Source: Trichinella spiralis (Eukaryota). From it: 62,781 bases of DNA. The DNA is taken from positions 6,850,122-6,912,902 of the forward strand of contig NW_003526943.1 of the NCBI RefSeq assembly GCF_000181795.1. Reading direction: 5' to 3'. How positions within the stretch are numbered: the first letter of the stretch is position 1; the number at the start of each line of letters is the position of its first letter. The notes beneath the pieces are model-generated. The model saw nothing but the letters and a program-made list of their open reading frames with translations, was not told where the DNA came from and searched no databases. A program made the position numbers and the translations under genes. Positions 14,701 through 27,474 of the stretch are shown piece by piece.

Positions 14701-17193
14701 AGCAACAACATTGCTGAACTGCACAAACAAGCATTCGGTCAAAATGAGAAACGTCCGGCCAGCACGGTCAGGCTTAATTTAGCCGGCAATCAGATTCGCT
14801 GCTTGGCTGATCCCGGAGTTTTCATTTACATGCCGATGTTGGTCTACGTCGACTTGTCCCACAACAACATAGAGCACATATCGAGCAATTTTTTCCATCA
14901 CCTTCCAACGCTGGAAAGTTTGTCACTGGAAAAAAATCTGCTCGATTCGTTCCCAGCCCTGGCACTGCGTCCAATAGTTAAGCTGCGCTATTTGATCTTG
15001 GATCGAAATCGAATACGAACTCTGCCAACGGGACAAATTGAACAACTAGGCTCGATGGAACGAATCAGTTTGACGCACAATTTAATCCATGCCATTTCGC
15101 AGAACACATTTCCGGGTCGAAATTTCAAATCGTTGAAATCCATAAATTTGGCCTTCAACCGAATCACCTTTTTAGCATCGAAAGCGTTTCACGACTTGTT
15201 CGCGTTGGACGTTGTCCAGTTGCAAGGCAACAAACTGACTACACTGCAAATGTACACGTTTGCAAATTTGTCCAATCTTCGAATTGTAAATTTGGACAGC
15301 AATCAAATCAACTACACCAGTGAGGGATGCTTTTTCAATTTGCCCAGGTTGGAATATTTGTCGCTGAGAAACAATCGACTTGCAACGATCGCTTTGGACG
15401 CATTTGTCCACGTGCTCGGCTTGGAAACGTTGGATTTGGCGTACAACGAATTCCACGAATTCGATTCGCAATTTTTGCGCCACGTTCAAAATTTACGTTC
15501 ACTCGACTTGTCCCACAACAAGCTACGCCACGTCCAATTTTTGGATCATTTGAAACAAACTTTGGTAAATTTGAATTTGAAAAACAACCAATTGCAATTT
15601 ATCCACGAGACCGTATTCGCCGACATGCCCAGACTCGAATATTTGGACTTGACCAAAAACAGCTTGATCAGTTTACATCCGGACGGTTTCGGTTCAATGC
15701 CGAAAGTCCACACGTTGCTGTTGGGCGACAACCAACTGAAACAAGTGAAAAAGGGCACTTTTGAGGGGTTGAATCGAATCAACCTTCTGGATGTGAGCCG
15801 CAATGAGCTGAATCGACTCGACGGTTCTTGTTTCGGTGAAAACAACGTGGTCGAGTTGAACTTAGCCGGCAATCGTTTGACTGAAGTACCCCAAGCGGCA
15901 CTGGCGTCGTTGCACGGCAGTTTGGCATCGTTGGATCTGAGTGACAATCGAATCGAAAGCGTCGAATCGACACAGTTCGAAGGGTTGCGTAATTTGAGCC
16001 AGCTTCTACTGCGTGCCAACCGCGTGCAACTGGTATCCGAAGCGGCTTTCAAAAGTTTGCACAAATTACGGATATTGGACCTGAGTGAAAATCCCATCGA
16101 CGAATGGCACCCAAACGCGTTCCGCGATCTCAGCCATTCACTCGAGTCGGTCAATCTCGCCGACACGGGCCTGTATTCAGTGCCCAATTTCGCTGGACGT
16201 GCGGTGAAATGTTTGAATTTGTCCAACAATCAAATCACCAGTTTCGACATCGCCGCCGACAAAGCCACGCTGCAAAAATTGCAAACGTTGGACGTGAGCC
16301 GAAATCGATTGCGCCAATTGCCTGCGTCGATGTTGAACTTGTTGACCAATTTGAAAGTGCTGAATGTCAGTTACAATCCGATGGTCGAATTTACCGACCA
16401 GATGATTCGTGCGTTGCCAAAATTGGAAACGTTCCACTGTCATCACATGTACGAAATTCGAGACGTCTACAAGCCGGCTTTTTCGTCGCTGGTCAATTTG
16501 AAAGAGTTTCAAATGTACGACGTGGGTAAAGTTGTACAGAGTGGATTTTTCCAACTCGACGAACTGCTAGCAGTGTTGCCTGGGTTGAAAACGCTCCGCA
16601 TCCAATTGTCCAATCAAACTTTGGACAACCAACTGGCCAACTTCGACACACGGCTATTGCGCAGTCTACATCTTCAAGGTTCCAATATTAAACAAATTAC
16701 ATTGAACGCTTTCAAGAGCCTCAGAGGTTATAAAGTGAAACTGGCAATTACGAACAGTCAATTGTTCTACCTGCCTCCGCAGTTTTTTTCCACACTCAAC
16801 CACATAAAGCATCTCTATCTTGATTTGAGTGAAAATCGACTGCGTACAGTGAATCCATTTTCAACGAGCCGACTGCCGACAGTGAACAGTCACGGAACTG
16901 TTCTACAAGACATTGATCTGAGAAATAATCCAATCCACTGCGACTGTTCCATGCGGTGGGTCGCAGATTGGCTGGATCATCTGCGCACCACGGATGAGCC
17001 GGATCATTTCGCCGAACATGTTTCCAAATGGAACAGTACATTTTGCTATACTCCAAACAGTCTGGTCGGACAGTCACTGTGGTCATTAAGTGCAGAACAA
17101 TTTTGTTCCGCTTCAAGCACTGCACAATGTTCTCCTATTTCGCTTTACACGTTGCCGTTGTTGTTACTCGTTATTTTCTGGTTGATACATTAA
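11748..17193 (+). CDS. Chaoptin-like extracellular LRR protein (~1240 aa) with signal peptide and putative GPI-anchor tail
   Basis: Exons 11748-12236, 13873-14030 and 14115-17193 join in frame. Dozens of LxxLxLxxN repeats, LRRCT NNPIHCDCSMRW, and a hydrophobic C-terminus with no cytoplasmic tail. Confidence 0.88.
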
Positions 17194-17287
17194 ACTGTTT
17201 ATTGTTTTCATGCATTGCTGTTGTTTCAACAAAAATCAACAAATATCTTTATTTTCTTAACATTTCCATAGTGAAAACAACTATACA

Positions 17288-19341
17288 TCAGTAGCTTTCA
17301 TAATGAAGCATACGAAACAGCATTGCACGTCCAGAATTGTTACCAACGCACATGTAACCACCGTTCGGAGAAAAGTCGACACATTTTACATTTCCCAGTT
17401 TACAAGTACTCATTGGAAAATTTTCAAAAACTGTTTTCGACTGGACGTGCAGCTAAATTTTGAAACTTTTCAATTTATTACAAAACTGAGCATAAATTTA
17501 TTTTTTTTTCTTTACCAATTTCAATGCATTCGGCTTCTTTGAACTGCCCATAGCTAATATTTCTGAACTGCCATTGAAACGCAACAAATCTGCTGCAGTG
17601 GTTAAATTTGAAATTCCCTTCAGCAGTTTCGGTTGAGCGGTCTGCAACGCAGATTCAGCGGAATACAGATTGACCACACCCACTGAAGATCTGGTTTTAA
17701 ATAAAAATAAAATGTGAAAAAAATAAAAATAAATCCGTCTAAATCTTACCCGCAAGCCAAATAATTGCTGTTCTGAGATATTGCAATACTCAAACCACTG
17801 ACGCAACCAGAATCAGGAAACTTTTGAAAATAATTCTGCATGGCCATGTCCCAGATGTACACATTCCCGTCTTTGCTGTACGTATACAAATGCGACCCGT
17901 CCGAAGAAAACGCAGCCGACCTGACAGAATCATTTAACTTCAACGTCCACATCAGTTCGAAAGTCTGATAACATTTTCATTATAACTGATGATTCATTGA
18001 AAAAATAAATAATTCCAAATACCCTCGCTGACACCACATATATCTGACCCCATCTGCCAAATAATGCAATAACTTTTCCGTCTGGTGAGGGCAAAAATTC
18101 ACAATTTTCTTTCGATTTAGTCACACCTGAAAATTGTTTCATTCATCATTCAAATAGAAAAGCATAAAAAAATATCAGTAATCGTTACCATTTATTGGTC
18201 GAACTTTGACAATTTTTCCTGCGTGCATATCAAAATAATAAAAATGATCATACAGAGCACTACCAACAATAATCCATCCACCATCTGCAGAGAAATGCGC
18301 CTTGTCCACTGTATATTGCTCAAAAGTTGCCCGATGCAATGAATTATTCTCTTTGCCATCAATCTGTAAATCAAAAGCTCACCGTGTTCAACGTTTACAA
18401 GTAGAAAATCATTTAAAAATCAATTACTTGGTATAAGTTGATTTCACTGCCTCTCTTTGAAACAAGCAACACCTGCGATTCCCTGTGAAATTCTACGCTA
18501 TGTACAAAAGACTAGAAGGAAGAAAAATAAATGCACAGCTTAAAATCTTGCACTGCTTTAAACATTTACATTTCTTTTCTGCTTTCCCTCTTCAAAGATC
18601 AAATCACGAAGTCGTTTGCAAGAGAGTTTTTTCGACAAAAGCACTTCCGTTTTCCCGAGACATTTTCCAGTTGAACGCACAAATACATCTGCTTCATCTT
18701 CACTTGACTCTGAATAAATATTAATATTGATGACCATGAAATTTTCCATATACTCGCTATAAATTCACCTTCGTTGTCCGATGATCTACGCTTTCTTTTG
18801 ACATTACTGGCCCATGCAGGACATGTTTTCGTATGCGTGACTTTCTCAAAAGTTCGCTTCAGGCGCTCAGAGTAGGCCTCACCACCAAATTCCGTTTCTC
18901 CTCTTATGTGCATCTTATTGACAAGACGTGCTGGTTGGTCCAGCAGATTTACCCTTTATTGAACAAAAATTCAGTAAAGCTTCAAAGCTTTTCAGTTAAA
19001 CAAAACATACTTATCCAAATCATCCTCATCTACCCAAGCTGAATTTCGCTCTTCCGAATCGTCCATCACAACTGCTCGTTCACGTTCAGATGTTGTGGGA
19101 ACTAACAGCGAATCTTCATCCTAAAATAAAAAAACTTTCTAATAACAAGCACATAAATTACTTTGAAAAATTATCAATTTACAATATCATCGCTCGCAGC
19201 GATTGCATCCAAATCATCTAAAGACCCCAGTTTTCCACCCAAAACGGCCTTCTCAAGCGTTTCCAGTAACTTTTCATGACGATTTTTTCGATTTTTCTTC
19301 TTTCGCTGATTCCCTCCAATCATATTCACAGAAGCAGACAT
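17288..19341 (-). CDS. UTP18: U3 snoRNA-associated protein 18 (WD40)
   Basis: About ten GT-AG exons. Motifs include AWVDEDD, YSERLKRTFEKV..PAWA, LACGSSVGVVNLY, RFNGSSEILAMGS..PNALKLLH and DFSPNGGYMCVGNNSGRAMLFRMLHYESY*. Start placed at MSASVN, just after an AG acceptor at 19358-19357. Confidence 0.87.
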
Positions 19342-19425
19342 TGGAGAAGAACAAATCTGCATTAAAACATGGAAAAAAACAGAAAATAAAGTTTCACTAA
19401 ATAAAAAACAAACAGCCCAAATTTC

Positions 19426-19462
19426 AAAGTACAGAGGTAAAAGTATACGGCTATCAACCGTA
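19426..19462 (-). promoter_or_regulatory. Ur-element-like intercistronic signal (stem-loop + UAYYUU)
   Basis: The minus strand reads UACGGU-UGAUA-GCCGUA followed by UACUUU, with a second UACUUU, about 70-80 nt upstream of the UTP18 acceptor. Confidence 0.6.
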
Positions 19463-19561
19463 CAATTGCAAAAAATAAAAACACACTTTCTGAATTGTTT
19501 TACTGTAATAAATTTAAAATAAACTAATGCATTCTTTGAGAGAATAAAAAATCATTGTAAT

Positions 19562-20707
19562 TTATTCGCTATCACTATCACCATAATTAGTGCCGCTTCG
19601 AATACTTCTTGGAGCCATTTTTGTTTTTGCTAATTGTTTTGTAAAGCCGTGCGTTCCGTCAGTAGAAAAAATCAAATTCCTCTCTGCCAGCACTGCTTCA
19701 ACTGTTTCAGTAGTAAAATCGTCGGTGCCACCAAATTCGTCAAAGCCACGGATATAAAAGACTGCTTTTCCGTGTAAGAAAAGCGCCAGCGTAGGAATAA
19801 CAAAAATATTTAACTTTTTAACAATATAATCTGATTTTTCCACATTTAGTTTGCAGAACTTTGATTCTATGTGCTTCGCTGCCAATATTTGCAAATGCTT
19901 ATCAAGTATTTTGCAGCGCATTGTCGAGTCACGATAAAAATGAACTATGAAACGTTTGGAACGATTGCCGAAATCAAAAAGTTCGCGTTCAGATACTTCA
20001 GTATATTCGCCATGTCTACACAGTCGCCAGTTCTAAAATCAAAATCACATCCAAAAGGAAGCAATCAACATTTACAAATTTTATATAGCTGTTAAGAATA
20101 ATCTTTAATCTTTCACAAATTGTCATAAAACAGCTCTGACTTACATCAGTATAACTTTCAGACCAATTCACTATTTAAATTACTCGAAGAAAATAAAGTA
20201 TAAAATTAAAAATGCAATGAAATTATAAAATCTGAACATATAATAACACTGATGCTTATTTAACAAAGTTTAGTTCTGAACATTTAGAAAATGGTTCATT
20301 TTGAACAGCAAAACAAGAAGCTGATGTATTTACATATGTCATCTAAAAATAACTTTTAATTTACCAATTAAAATTCATAGAAAACATTTGCAGAAACTAG
20401 TTTTTAAAATATAAATAAATAATAATTTTGATAATTAGTAATAATAATAATTAGTAACATAAGTTGAACATTATCAAAAATATTTTTTAAACCAAATATA
20501 ATGTTTAATATACAAATTTATAACCTCTCTTTCTTTTTCTTCCGCTTTCAGTTCTTGTAATCTTTTTTGGCGATACTGCTGCAAAACCTCATCATCTAAA
20601 TTCTCCAAGCGAGCCAATTCGGCATCTACCTCATTTTCAAGTGCTGATATCACCGCATGCTGCAACTCACTTTGAACCTTAGCGTCTGCAACAATTTTAT
20701 TCTCCAT
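19562..20707 (-). CDS. TXNDC9: Thioredoxin domain-containing protein 9 (phosducin-like, ~217 aa)
   Basis: Exons 20707-20525 and 20032-19562. Motifs VDAELARLENLDD..YRQKRLQELK, HGEYTEV, VHFYRDSTMRCKILDKHL, IPTLAL and GFDEFGGTDDFTTE. Confidence 0.93.
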
Positions 20708-21321
20708 TATTAATAATAAAGTTACAATAACAAACTTTAAAGATTGTCAAAAAGATCATAAAATTCTTATATTTACTACAGTAACCAATCATGTAAATCA
20801 CGTTCAATTAATAATACAAATATTTGTGAAATTAATTGAAACTACATAGTTATTTAAATTTATTAACAATTTTGATATTTTATTAAGGCAAATGTAAGCT
20901 ATAACTTTTTTCTTTAATACATTTTAGCTGATAGTATTACGGGAAGCTTTAAAAAATAAATAATTTGGATTACAGTACATTGAATGCAATACATTCAATA
21001 ATAATAATAATAATAATAATTGAAAATTTCAAACATCTTAAACTTAAAAAAATAACGCATCTTAATTACAGTTAGTGATTACACGATGAAACTTTGCAGT
21101 GTAAATTTAATAAATTTTTACTATTTTATAGAAATTTAATTACTTTAAAATAATTTTCATAATATAATTGAATTTTGTAAATGTATTAATTTAACACTGT
21201 CTGAACTATAGGAAACTTAACTGAATTGACTTTGTAAAACTATACTGTACTTGTACTTGAGTTTTGAAGCTGAAAAGTTAGTTACTGTAGTATTGTTAAC
21301 GGTATAATTGTTCTGAACAAA

Positions 21322-22170
21322 ATGTCGAAAAGAGGTATAAATTTTCTCTTTTACAAAAGAATAAATTTGTAATTAAAATTTTTAAGGAAGAGGTGGTGCT
21401 TCCGGTTCGAAATTTCGTATTGCTCATGGTCTTCCTGTTGGGGCTGTTATTAACTGCGCTGATAACTCAGGTTTGTTTTTAACGTTTTATGCTTGTATTT
21501 TTCAATTTTCTGTTGAACAATTGACGTCATTTTCAAAATCTTATATTAAATTATGCTTATGTTTAGTTTTAAAGGATGTTATTTTATGAAATTATTCAGA
21601 CAATAAATAACTGATAACTTTCGTTCGTGTTTTTTCATTGCGCCTCACCTGCTTTTCGTTGCTTCATCTTAGTACAATTTAGGCGCCAAAAACCTTTATG
21701 TGATTGCAGTGTATGGCATTCGTGGCCGTTTGAATCGTCTTCCGGCTGCGGCTGTTGGCGACATGGTCGTCGTTTCAGTAAAAAAAGGAAAGCCAGAATT
21801 GAGGAAAAAAGGTTTTTGCCTCGCTTCTTTATACTTTATTTGTTGCAACAGTATTTTTAGTAATGCAAGCGGTAGTCATTAGGCAGCGTAAGCCATATCG
21901 ACGTAAAGATGGAACTGTTGTGTATTTTGAAGACAACGCTGGGGTCATCGTTAACAACAAAGGCGAAATGAAAGGTGCGATTTCTTTTAATTCTTGATTG
22001 CTTGCATGATTTACTTGATAAAATAACAGAACAGTAAAGTAATTGTTTTGTAAATTTTAATTACACAATCAATTGTGAATATTTTAGGCTCTGCTATAAC
22101 TGGTCCTGTGGCAAAGGAATGCGCAGATTTATGGCCAAGAATTGCAGCGAATGCCAGCAGCGTTGCTTAA
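21322..22170 (+). CDS. rpl-23: 60S ribosomal protein L23 (uL14)
   Basis: Exons 21322-21334, 21387-21470, 21683-21811, 21861-21974 and 22088-22170. Protein [15 protein letters not shown]...NCADNSGAKNL...[37 protein letters not shown]. Confidence 0.97.
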
Positions 22171-22670
22171 TTGAAATCTTAATATTCATGAATTGGAAAA
22201 TAAATATTTTGGATGATGAGCGAGTTGTCTTTAAAAATCTTATATTTTTATTTAGACTGCTTTATGTAATGAAGAATTTGTTCAGTATTTTTTAAAGAAT
22301 ATAAATGAATATTTAAAAAAATGAAAATTTATAAATTGTAACACTTCTGTTTGTGAAATTCACATTCGCTTTATAAAATCATTCGGAATTTACTTTTAAT
22401 TCACTTTCAGTAAATTTTAACATCATGTATTTAAATGAACAGAACTATTTTCAAGTTTGATTTGACATTTTAAATATGCCATTCGAAGAACTGTTTAATG
22501 ACAAAAAACTAAAATGTAAATGAACAACGAACATTCATTTATTAATCAAGCACCTTTTCGAAGACGAAAATATCTTCACCTTCACTGGAAAAAAATTTAA
22601 CAGCATTTAAAACTGATTCTAGGTTTCAGTGTAAACTGTACATCGCATTCCTTTTATGTCCTTTTGCGCA

Positions 22671-24160
22671 TTAAATCACTTCTTCAAAATCAGATTCGTC
22701 AGAGTCTATCATAATATCTTCATCAAAGTGAATATCCTCAAATTTACGCTTCGCTAACTGTATACGTTCTAACAGACTACTGAGACGATTTCGAATAGAT
22801 TCAAATGAACTGAAAGAATTCTCCCTCAGAATAATTGCATTGTGACGTGAGTGGCTTAAAACACGATTCCAACGTCCCATTGGGGGAAGAAATTCACGAC
22901 AAATTCGTAAATAGCTTTCTTTGGCTCTTTTGATAGTGTTACTATTTTCTGGTGTGCGCTGTAGAGAGGGTTTATCAAGAGAAATTTTTATGCGCACCGG
23001 CGTATCTTTTCCCGATGAAATTAATAAATTATCATCGGTAGAGCAGCTTGGTGTTACGGAGGCAGTACCACTGGTGCAGCATTCAACCAAAGGAAACAGA
23101 GAATGCAAAGCATTTTCCAATTCATTCAGCGTACTTGCAATTTCAGGCTCAACTTCTAAAAATAACTACATTACTGCATACACACTGAAAAGCATTAAAC
23201 TTTTGAATGTTTTTCTAATATTATTACTTTATTTAAATAAATAATTAAATATAAATATGAATAAATAAATAAATATGAGTACGTAAAAATATAAATGGTT
23301 ATGTATGTACGTTTGTACCTCTATAAAAGTTGCTTAAGATTGGCATAAATTTACAACAAATAAATAAAATAAAAATGTCCACCTTCAAATTCAGAACACA
23401 TCTTCTTCATCACTCTTAAGTTAGGCATAAAATTGCATTGAGAATTACTAATGGGAAAGTTAGATGCGCCAACATTTTGCAAGAGACTCTAAAAAACAAT
23501 TTTCAATATTAATTTGAATTGCTAACCAAAATTTAATAAACTGACGTGAACATTATAAGATAAAAAATCTTCCAAAAGTTGCAGCTCAACATTACTACTT
23601 CCAAATTCACCAATCCACTTTTTCAATACTTCCAAAACCTGGCAAGAAAATTTTTGCTGATCATCATCTACTACTCTAGGAAGATAATCTTGTCTCCTTT
23701 TTAGCGGTACTGTTCGAAAAACGAATTCCTAAAATGTGGAAATTATTTAAACTTCTGATAATAAACTAATATATGCCATCTTAATTAGTACCTCCATTTA
23801 CTGCTACATTCATTACACAGACAAAGGGATATTTTAAGGGAAATAAATTATATAAAATGCACTTAATAAAGGATTTAACCAAAACATTATTGATAACAAT
23901 CAGTATAGCATTACCCTCAAATGAGATAGCATTTTTGATCTAAATTTGCAGCATTCTCTGAAGAGAAAGTCGATCGCATTTAGTATATTGGGCCGAGAAG
24001 ATTTTCTCGCAGATCGTACCATTTGCATGAATAGCTTATGCACTTGCACTGCGGTATCGTCTTCTTCACAAGCATTTTTCAATTTGCGAAGCTTAACCAG
24101 CTTATTATTTTCTTCCAAAATGCACTGCTTGATTAAAGTTTTGAGTGCATTCCGCTCCAT
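22671..24160 (-). CDS. UVSSA: UVSSA-like protein (N-terminal half only, ~339 aa)
   Basis: Exons 24160-23915, 23728-23546, 23488-23383 and 23155-22671 join in frame. Colinear similarity to UVSSA as recalled: VHS-like region (LRKLKNAC, IDFLFRECCKFR, KKWIGEFG), EIASTLNELENALHSLFP, ENSNTIKRAKESYLRICREFLP and acidic DFEEV. Confidence 0.72.
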
Positions 24161-24785
24161 TCCAGAAAAAGATTATAAACAGTCTATGTCCAATGTGCTA
24201 CCGTATATTATTTTCAGGTTTGAATAAATGATAAAATAAAAATAAATAATATATGTAATAAGTGTAAATATAATATATTCCAACTGTAGAAAGAAATCTG
24301 GGTTTAAGCCAATTTCCCTAACAGAACTCCACCATTTTTTGAATCTGAATTTCATTGGTTGTTACTGTAATGCGTTCTATTTGTTAAATATTTGTTTTTA
24401 TTATTGGTCAATTTTATGATTCAGTTCAAAGCTCTGTTTTTAATCTAATTTAAAAAAATTAAATAGTTTTCAAACGTACTTATTTGACAAAATTATAATT
24501 TTCATTAATAAATTGTTTTAATGAAATTTAAGCAAAATGACTTTTTCATTTGCATTAATCAGAAATCCACCCTGGAAAATATGAGAGCGTCTATTCGGGT
24601 TTATGTGGCATGGCGACTTTGTGAAGTTAGATATGATCTTGCATAGAGTTAAAGTTGTAGTGTGTGATATTATTTATGCGGGAAGCCATTAACCAGAAAA
24701 TATGTTTGGTGTCAACATAGAATTGGTCAATCTTTGGGACTTAATGCTTCATTCAGTAGCATGAACTGTAATACAATATACAAGG

Positions 24786-25010
24786 TGTAACGGGCCGCTA
24801 CCTCGAGCAGGCTCGTCCGCTTCTTCCACCGGGTTATTGACGCGTCCATCGCTATTTGGCGACGGGCCGGTATTGACTGGTGCATTTCCCTTCCGTTCTG
24901 TCTCGCGCTTTCCTGATGGCATTGCGACAACAAAACAACAAGCAATGAGTATATACTTTATTAGACAATCGGAAACCAGGATCGACGACGATGTAAACAC
25001 CAACTACCGT
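24786..25010 (-). mobile_element. Possible LTR relic
   Basis: GC-rich island with a sharp TGTAAC boundary at 24786, the same terminus seen at 57451 and 60713. The other end is undefined. Confidence 0.3.
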
Positions 25011-25174
25011 ACTCCTCCTCCGATCTTCATGTCTTATTCTTCATATGGTAGCTTCAGTTTTCTTCGTCTTCATTTTCTGGAGGAAAAATCTCATTAGCTC
25101 GGTCCGTGTCCGCTGCAAAGGCATGCAAATAAAACAAACTGTACAGCAAATGAATGAAATAGAAAACACAAGCA

Positions 25175-25432
25175 ATGATAGTGCACCGGATTTTGTCATT
25201 GTTTGCCCAGCAGTGATTCGCTTGTCGATGGCCAGAATCGCAGATCCTGTGGCCTGGCCAGAAGTCGTGGATATCTCTGGGCACGGCTGTAGTACATTGT
25301 GTTTCGAGCCCGATCCCATGATAGAAAATAAACGGCAGTATCTTAGGTAGTGGGAACAATGCTTTCCAGCTCATCATAAACGTCTGTTACTGGCCTCGGA
25401 TCCACTGAAGCCGGCCGTTTCAATTGCATTGT
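25175..25432 (-). mobile_element. Degraded MULE (FLYWCH-type) transposase fragment
   Basis: Minus strand translates LKRPASVDPRPVTDVYDEL..*DTAVYFLSWDRARNTMYYSRAQRYPRL, then after a frameshift TAGQTMTKSGA. Confidence 0.7.
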
Positions 25433-25655
25433 ATGCTTGGTGCATTATTGCTTATGCATTTTATTCAGGTTTAAAATTACAACTTCTTTCGTGAACTTCA
25501 AAATTATTTTATGCTCTCTCTTCAAAGCGCGAACTTATAAGCATAAAACACATAACGAGCATCGTAAAAACAAAAAAATGCTTTGTTTTTCGGCTAAACA
25601 TCTCTGTGTGATGAGTGATTGATACACTGTTTGGACACAATACAAACTCTGCAAC

Positions 25656-25741
25656 GAACACTTCGTGTCGGTGCTCATATTACTAATTCAACCGGTATCA
25701 GACCACGTGCATTCGGCCGTATCTGTACCCATGGCAAGTGT
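25656..25741 (-). ncRNA. Candidate structured small RNA, copy 1
   Basis: Hand-folded: hairpin GGUA-CAGAU/GUCUG-A-UACC, linker GAAUUAGUAAU, hairpin GAGCAC/GUGUUC. Confidence 0.45.
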
Positions 25742-26290
25742 TGTTATAAAAATATGTAAGAGAAGTGCTCCAATGTTGACAACTGGAAGTTTATTTTAAA
25801 TTACTTCCATAAAAGCAAATGATGTATGAATAACATCGAGAAATTACTGCAAGCTGATACCATTGCTTTGATTATCGACACAAAAGTCATGCTTGTAACA
25901 ACAAACCAGTTACATTTTAGCTTGCTAGCATCAGTGACAAATTGTAATTTTATTTATTTACATAAATGATCTCAGTTAAACTTAAAAAAGGTAAAAGAAA
26001 TTATTTGGCTGCGAGACTTGCTGAATTTTCTGCAAGGGACGATGTGTACTTTACTACTGTATTTTATACAGTCTTTACTCTTTTCCTCTTGAATTTCAAA
26101 ATTATCTTATGGTCACCAAAACAATAATTTATGATGATCCAACACACTGAAGGATTTGTAAAATGAGCAGTGCTTTTACGCTGGAAGGTTTGAAAACCGT
26201 TTAAAACGGAGAACTGTACCACTCCTGTGCATTTGGTACTGCATTCAAACGACACTGAGTGATGATGTGAATTGTGTTACAATTTGCATT

Positions 26291-26385
26291 TGAGCATGAA
26301 CTGCCCCTGTCGGTGCTCATATTACACAAATTCAACGGGTATCAGATCACGTGCATTCGGCCGTATCTGTACCCGTGATTAATGT
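26291..26385 (-). ncRNA. Candidate structured small RNA, copy 2
   Basis: Same first hairpin. Linker AAUUUGUGUAA is Sm-site-like. The second hairpin UGAGCA/UGCUCA is kept despite a different loop and 3' arm. Confidence 0.45.
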
Positions 26386-26756
26386 TGTTTTAAAAATGTA
26401 TAAGAGAAATGCTTCAATGTTTACAAGTGGATGATTATTTTCAGTTACTTCTATATTAATAATTATTCATTAATCATCTCTGTTAAAGATAAAAAATATA
26501 AAAACAGTCCGGGTTACCTGCGCAACTTGTTCAATTTGTTGCATTGTATGCTTGGTGCATTATTGCTTATGCATTTTATTCAGGTTTAAAATTACAATTT
26601 GTTTCGTGTACTTCAAAATTATTTTATGCTCTTCAAAGAGCTAGTTTATAAGCATAAAACACATAACGAGCATCGTAAAAGCTGAAAAATTCTGAATTTC
26701 ACTAAATTTGGCGTCATTATACGCACAATGTTTGTATAGAATACAAACTCTGGTTC

Positions 26757-26842
26757 GAACACTTCACGTCGGTGCTCATATTACTAATTCAACCGGTATC
26801 AGATGACGTGCATTCAGCCGTATCTGTACCCATGGTTAATGC
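26757..26842 (-). ncRNA. Candidate structured small RNA, copy 3
   Basis: Nearly identical to the copy 1 core, with both stems intact. Confidence 0.45.
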
Positions 26843-27389
26843 TGTTTTAGAAATATATAAGAGAAATGTTGCAACGTTGAAAAGTAAATGATTATTTTAA
26901 ATTGCTTCTTCAGCAATTAACGTTTAGCAATAACATCAGGAAATTACTGCAAACTCATTGTTTGCTTTAGTTATCGAAGCACAAAAATCATGTTTTGAAC
27001 AAAAAGTAAATTGTTATCTTTTACTATCATAAGTAAAAATTGTTATTTATTTATATGAATAACATTCGTTAAAGATGAAAAATATGAAACAAATCCGCTA
27101 ACTGCGCAACATGCTCAGTTTGTTCCATGGTTTGCTTGATGCAATGATTGAGCATTTTATTCAGGTTTTAATATACTCTTGTTTTATGAATTTCAGAATT
27201 ATTTTATTATCATTAAAGCGCCAAATTACAAATATGCACCACACTGCCAGATATCTAAAAGATGGACAGTGACTCTGCTGCAAGGCTTAGAAATCCATCT
27301 CCCACACCAATTCATTGCACTTATACCCTGTGGATACAGTGAATTTAGTTCCACCGTCATGGTATTACTGCAACTCACAGTACGATTCC

Positions 27390-27474
27390 AACACTTCGTA
27401 TCGGTGCATTTCAGACTAATCGGAGAGGTAACAGATCACGCGTCTTAGGCTGTATCTCCACCAACAGTTAATGT
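27390..27474 (-). ncRNA. Candidate structured small RNA, copy 4 (most diverged)
   Basis: Stems GGUGG-AGAU/AUCU-G-UUACC and GCAC/GUGU are retained through G-U pairs. Confidence 0.4.

Noticed and set aside
14418..17294. Many antisense or alternate-frame ORFs (up to 227 aa) over the LRR exon
   Set aside because: These are shadow ORFs of a long GC-rich coding exon and have no independent motifs.
17288..19341. U12-type (minor) introns in UTP18
   Set aside because: All donors I resolved are ordinary GT-AG, without the RTATCCTT consensus.
21471..21682. snoRNA in the longest rpl-23 intron
   Set aside because: CTGA is present, but there is no convincing C box, terminal stem or H/ACA architecture.
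25656..27474. CRISPR array, 5S rRNA, SL RNA or hammerhead reading of the repeat cores
   Set aside because: Spacing is ~500-600 bp with homologous flanks in a eukaryote. The 5S similarity is only scattered words. There is no consistent leader + donor + Sm site on either strand and no CUGANGA/GAAA core.
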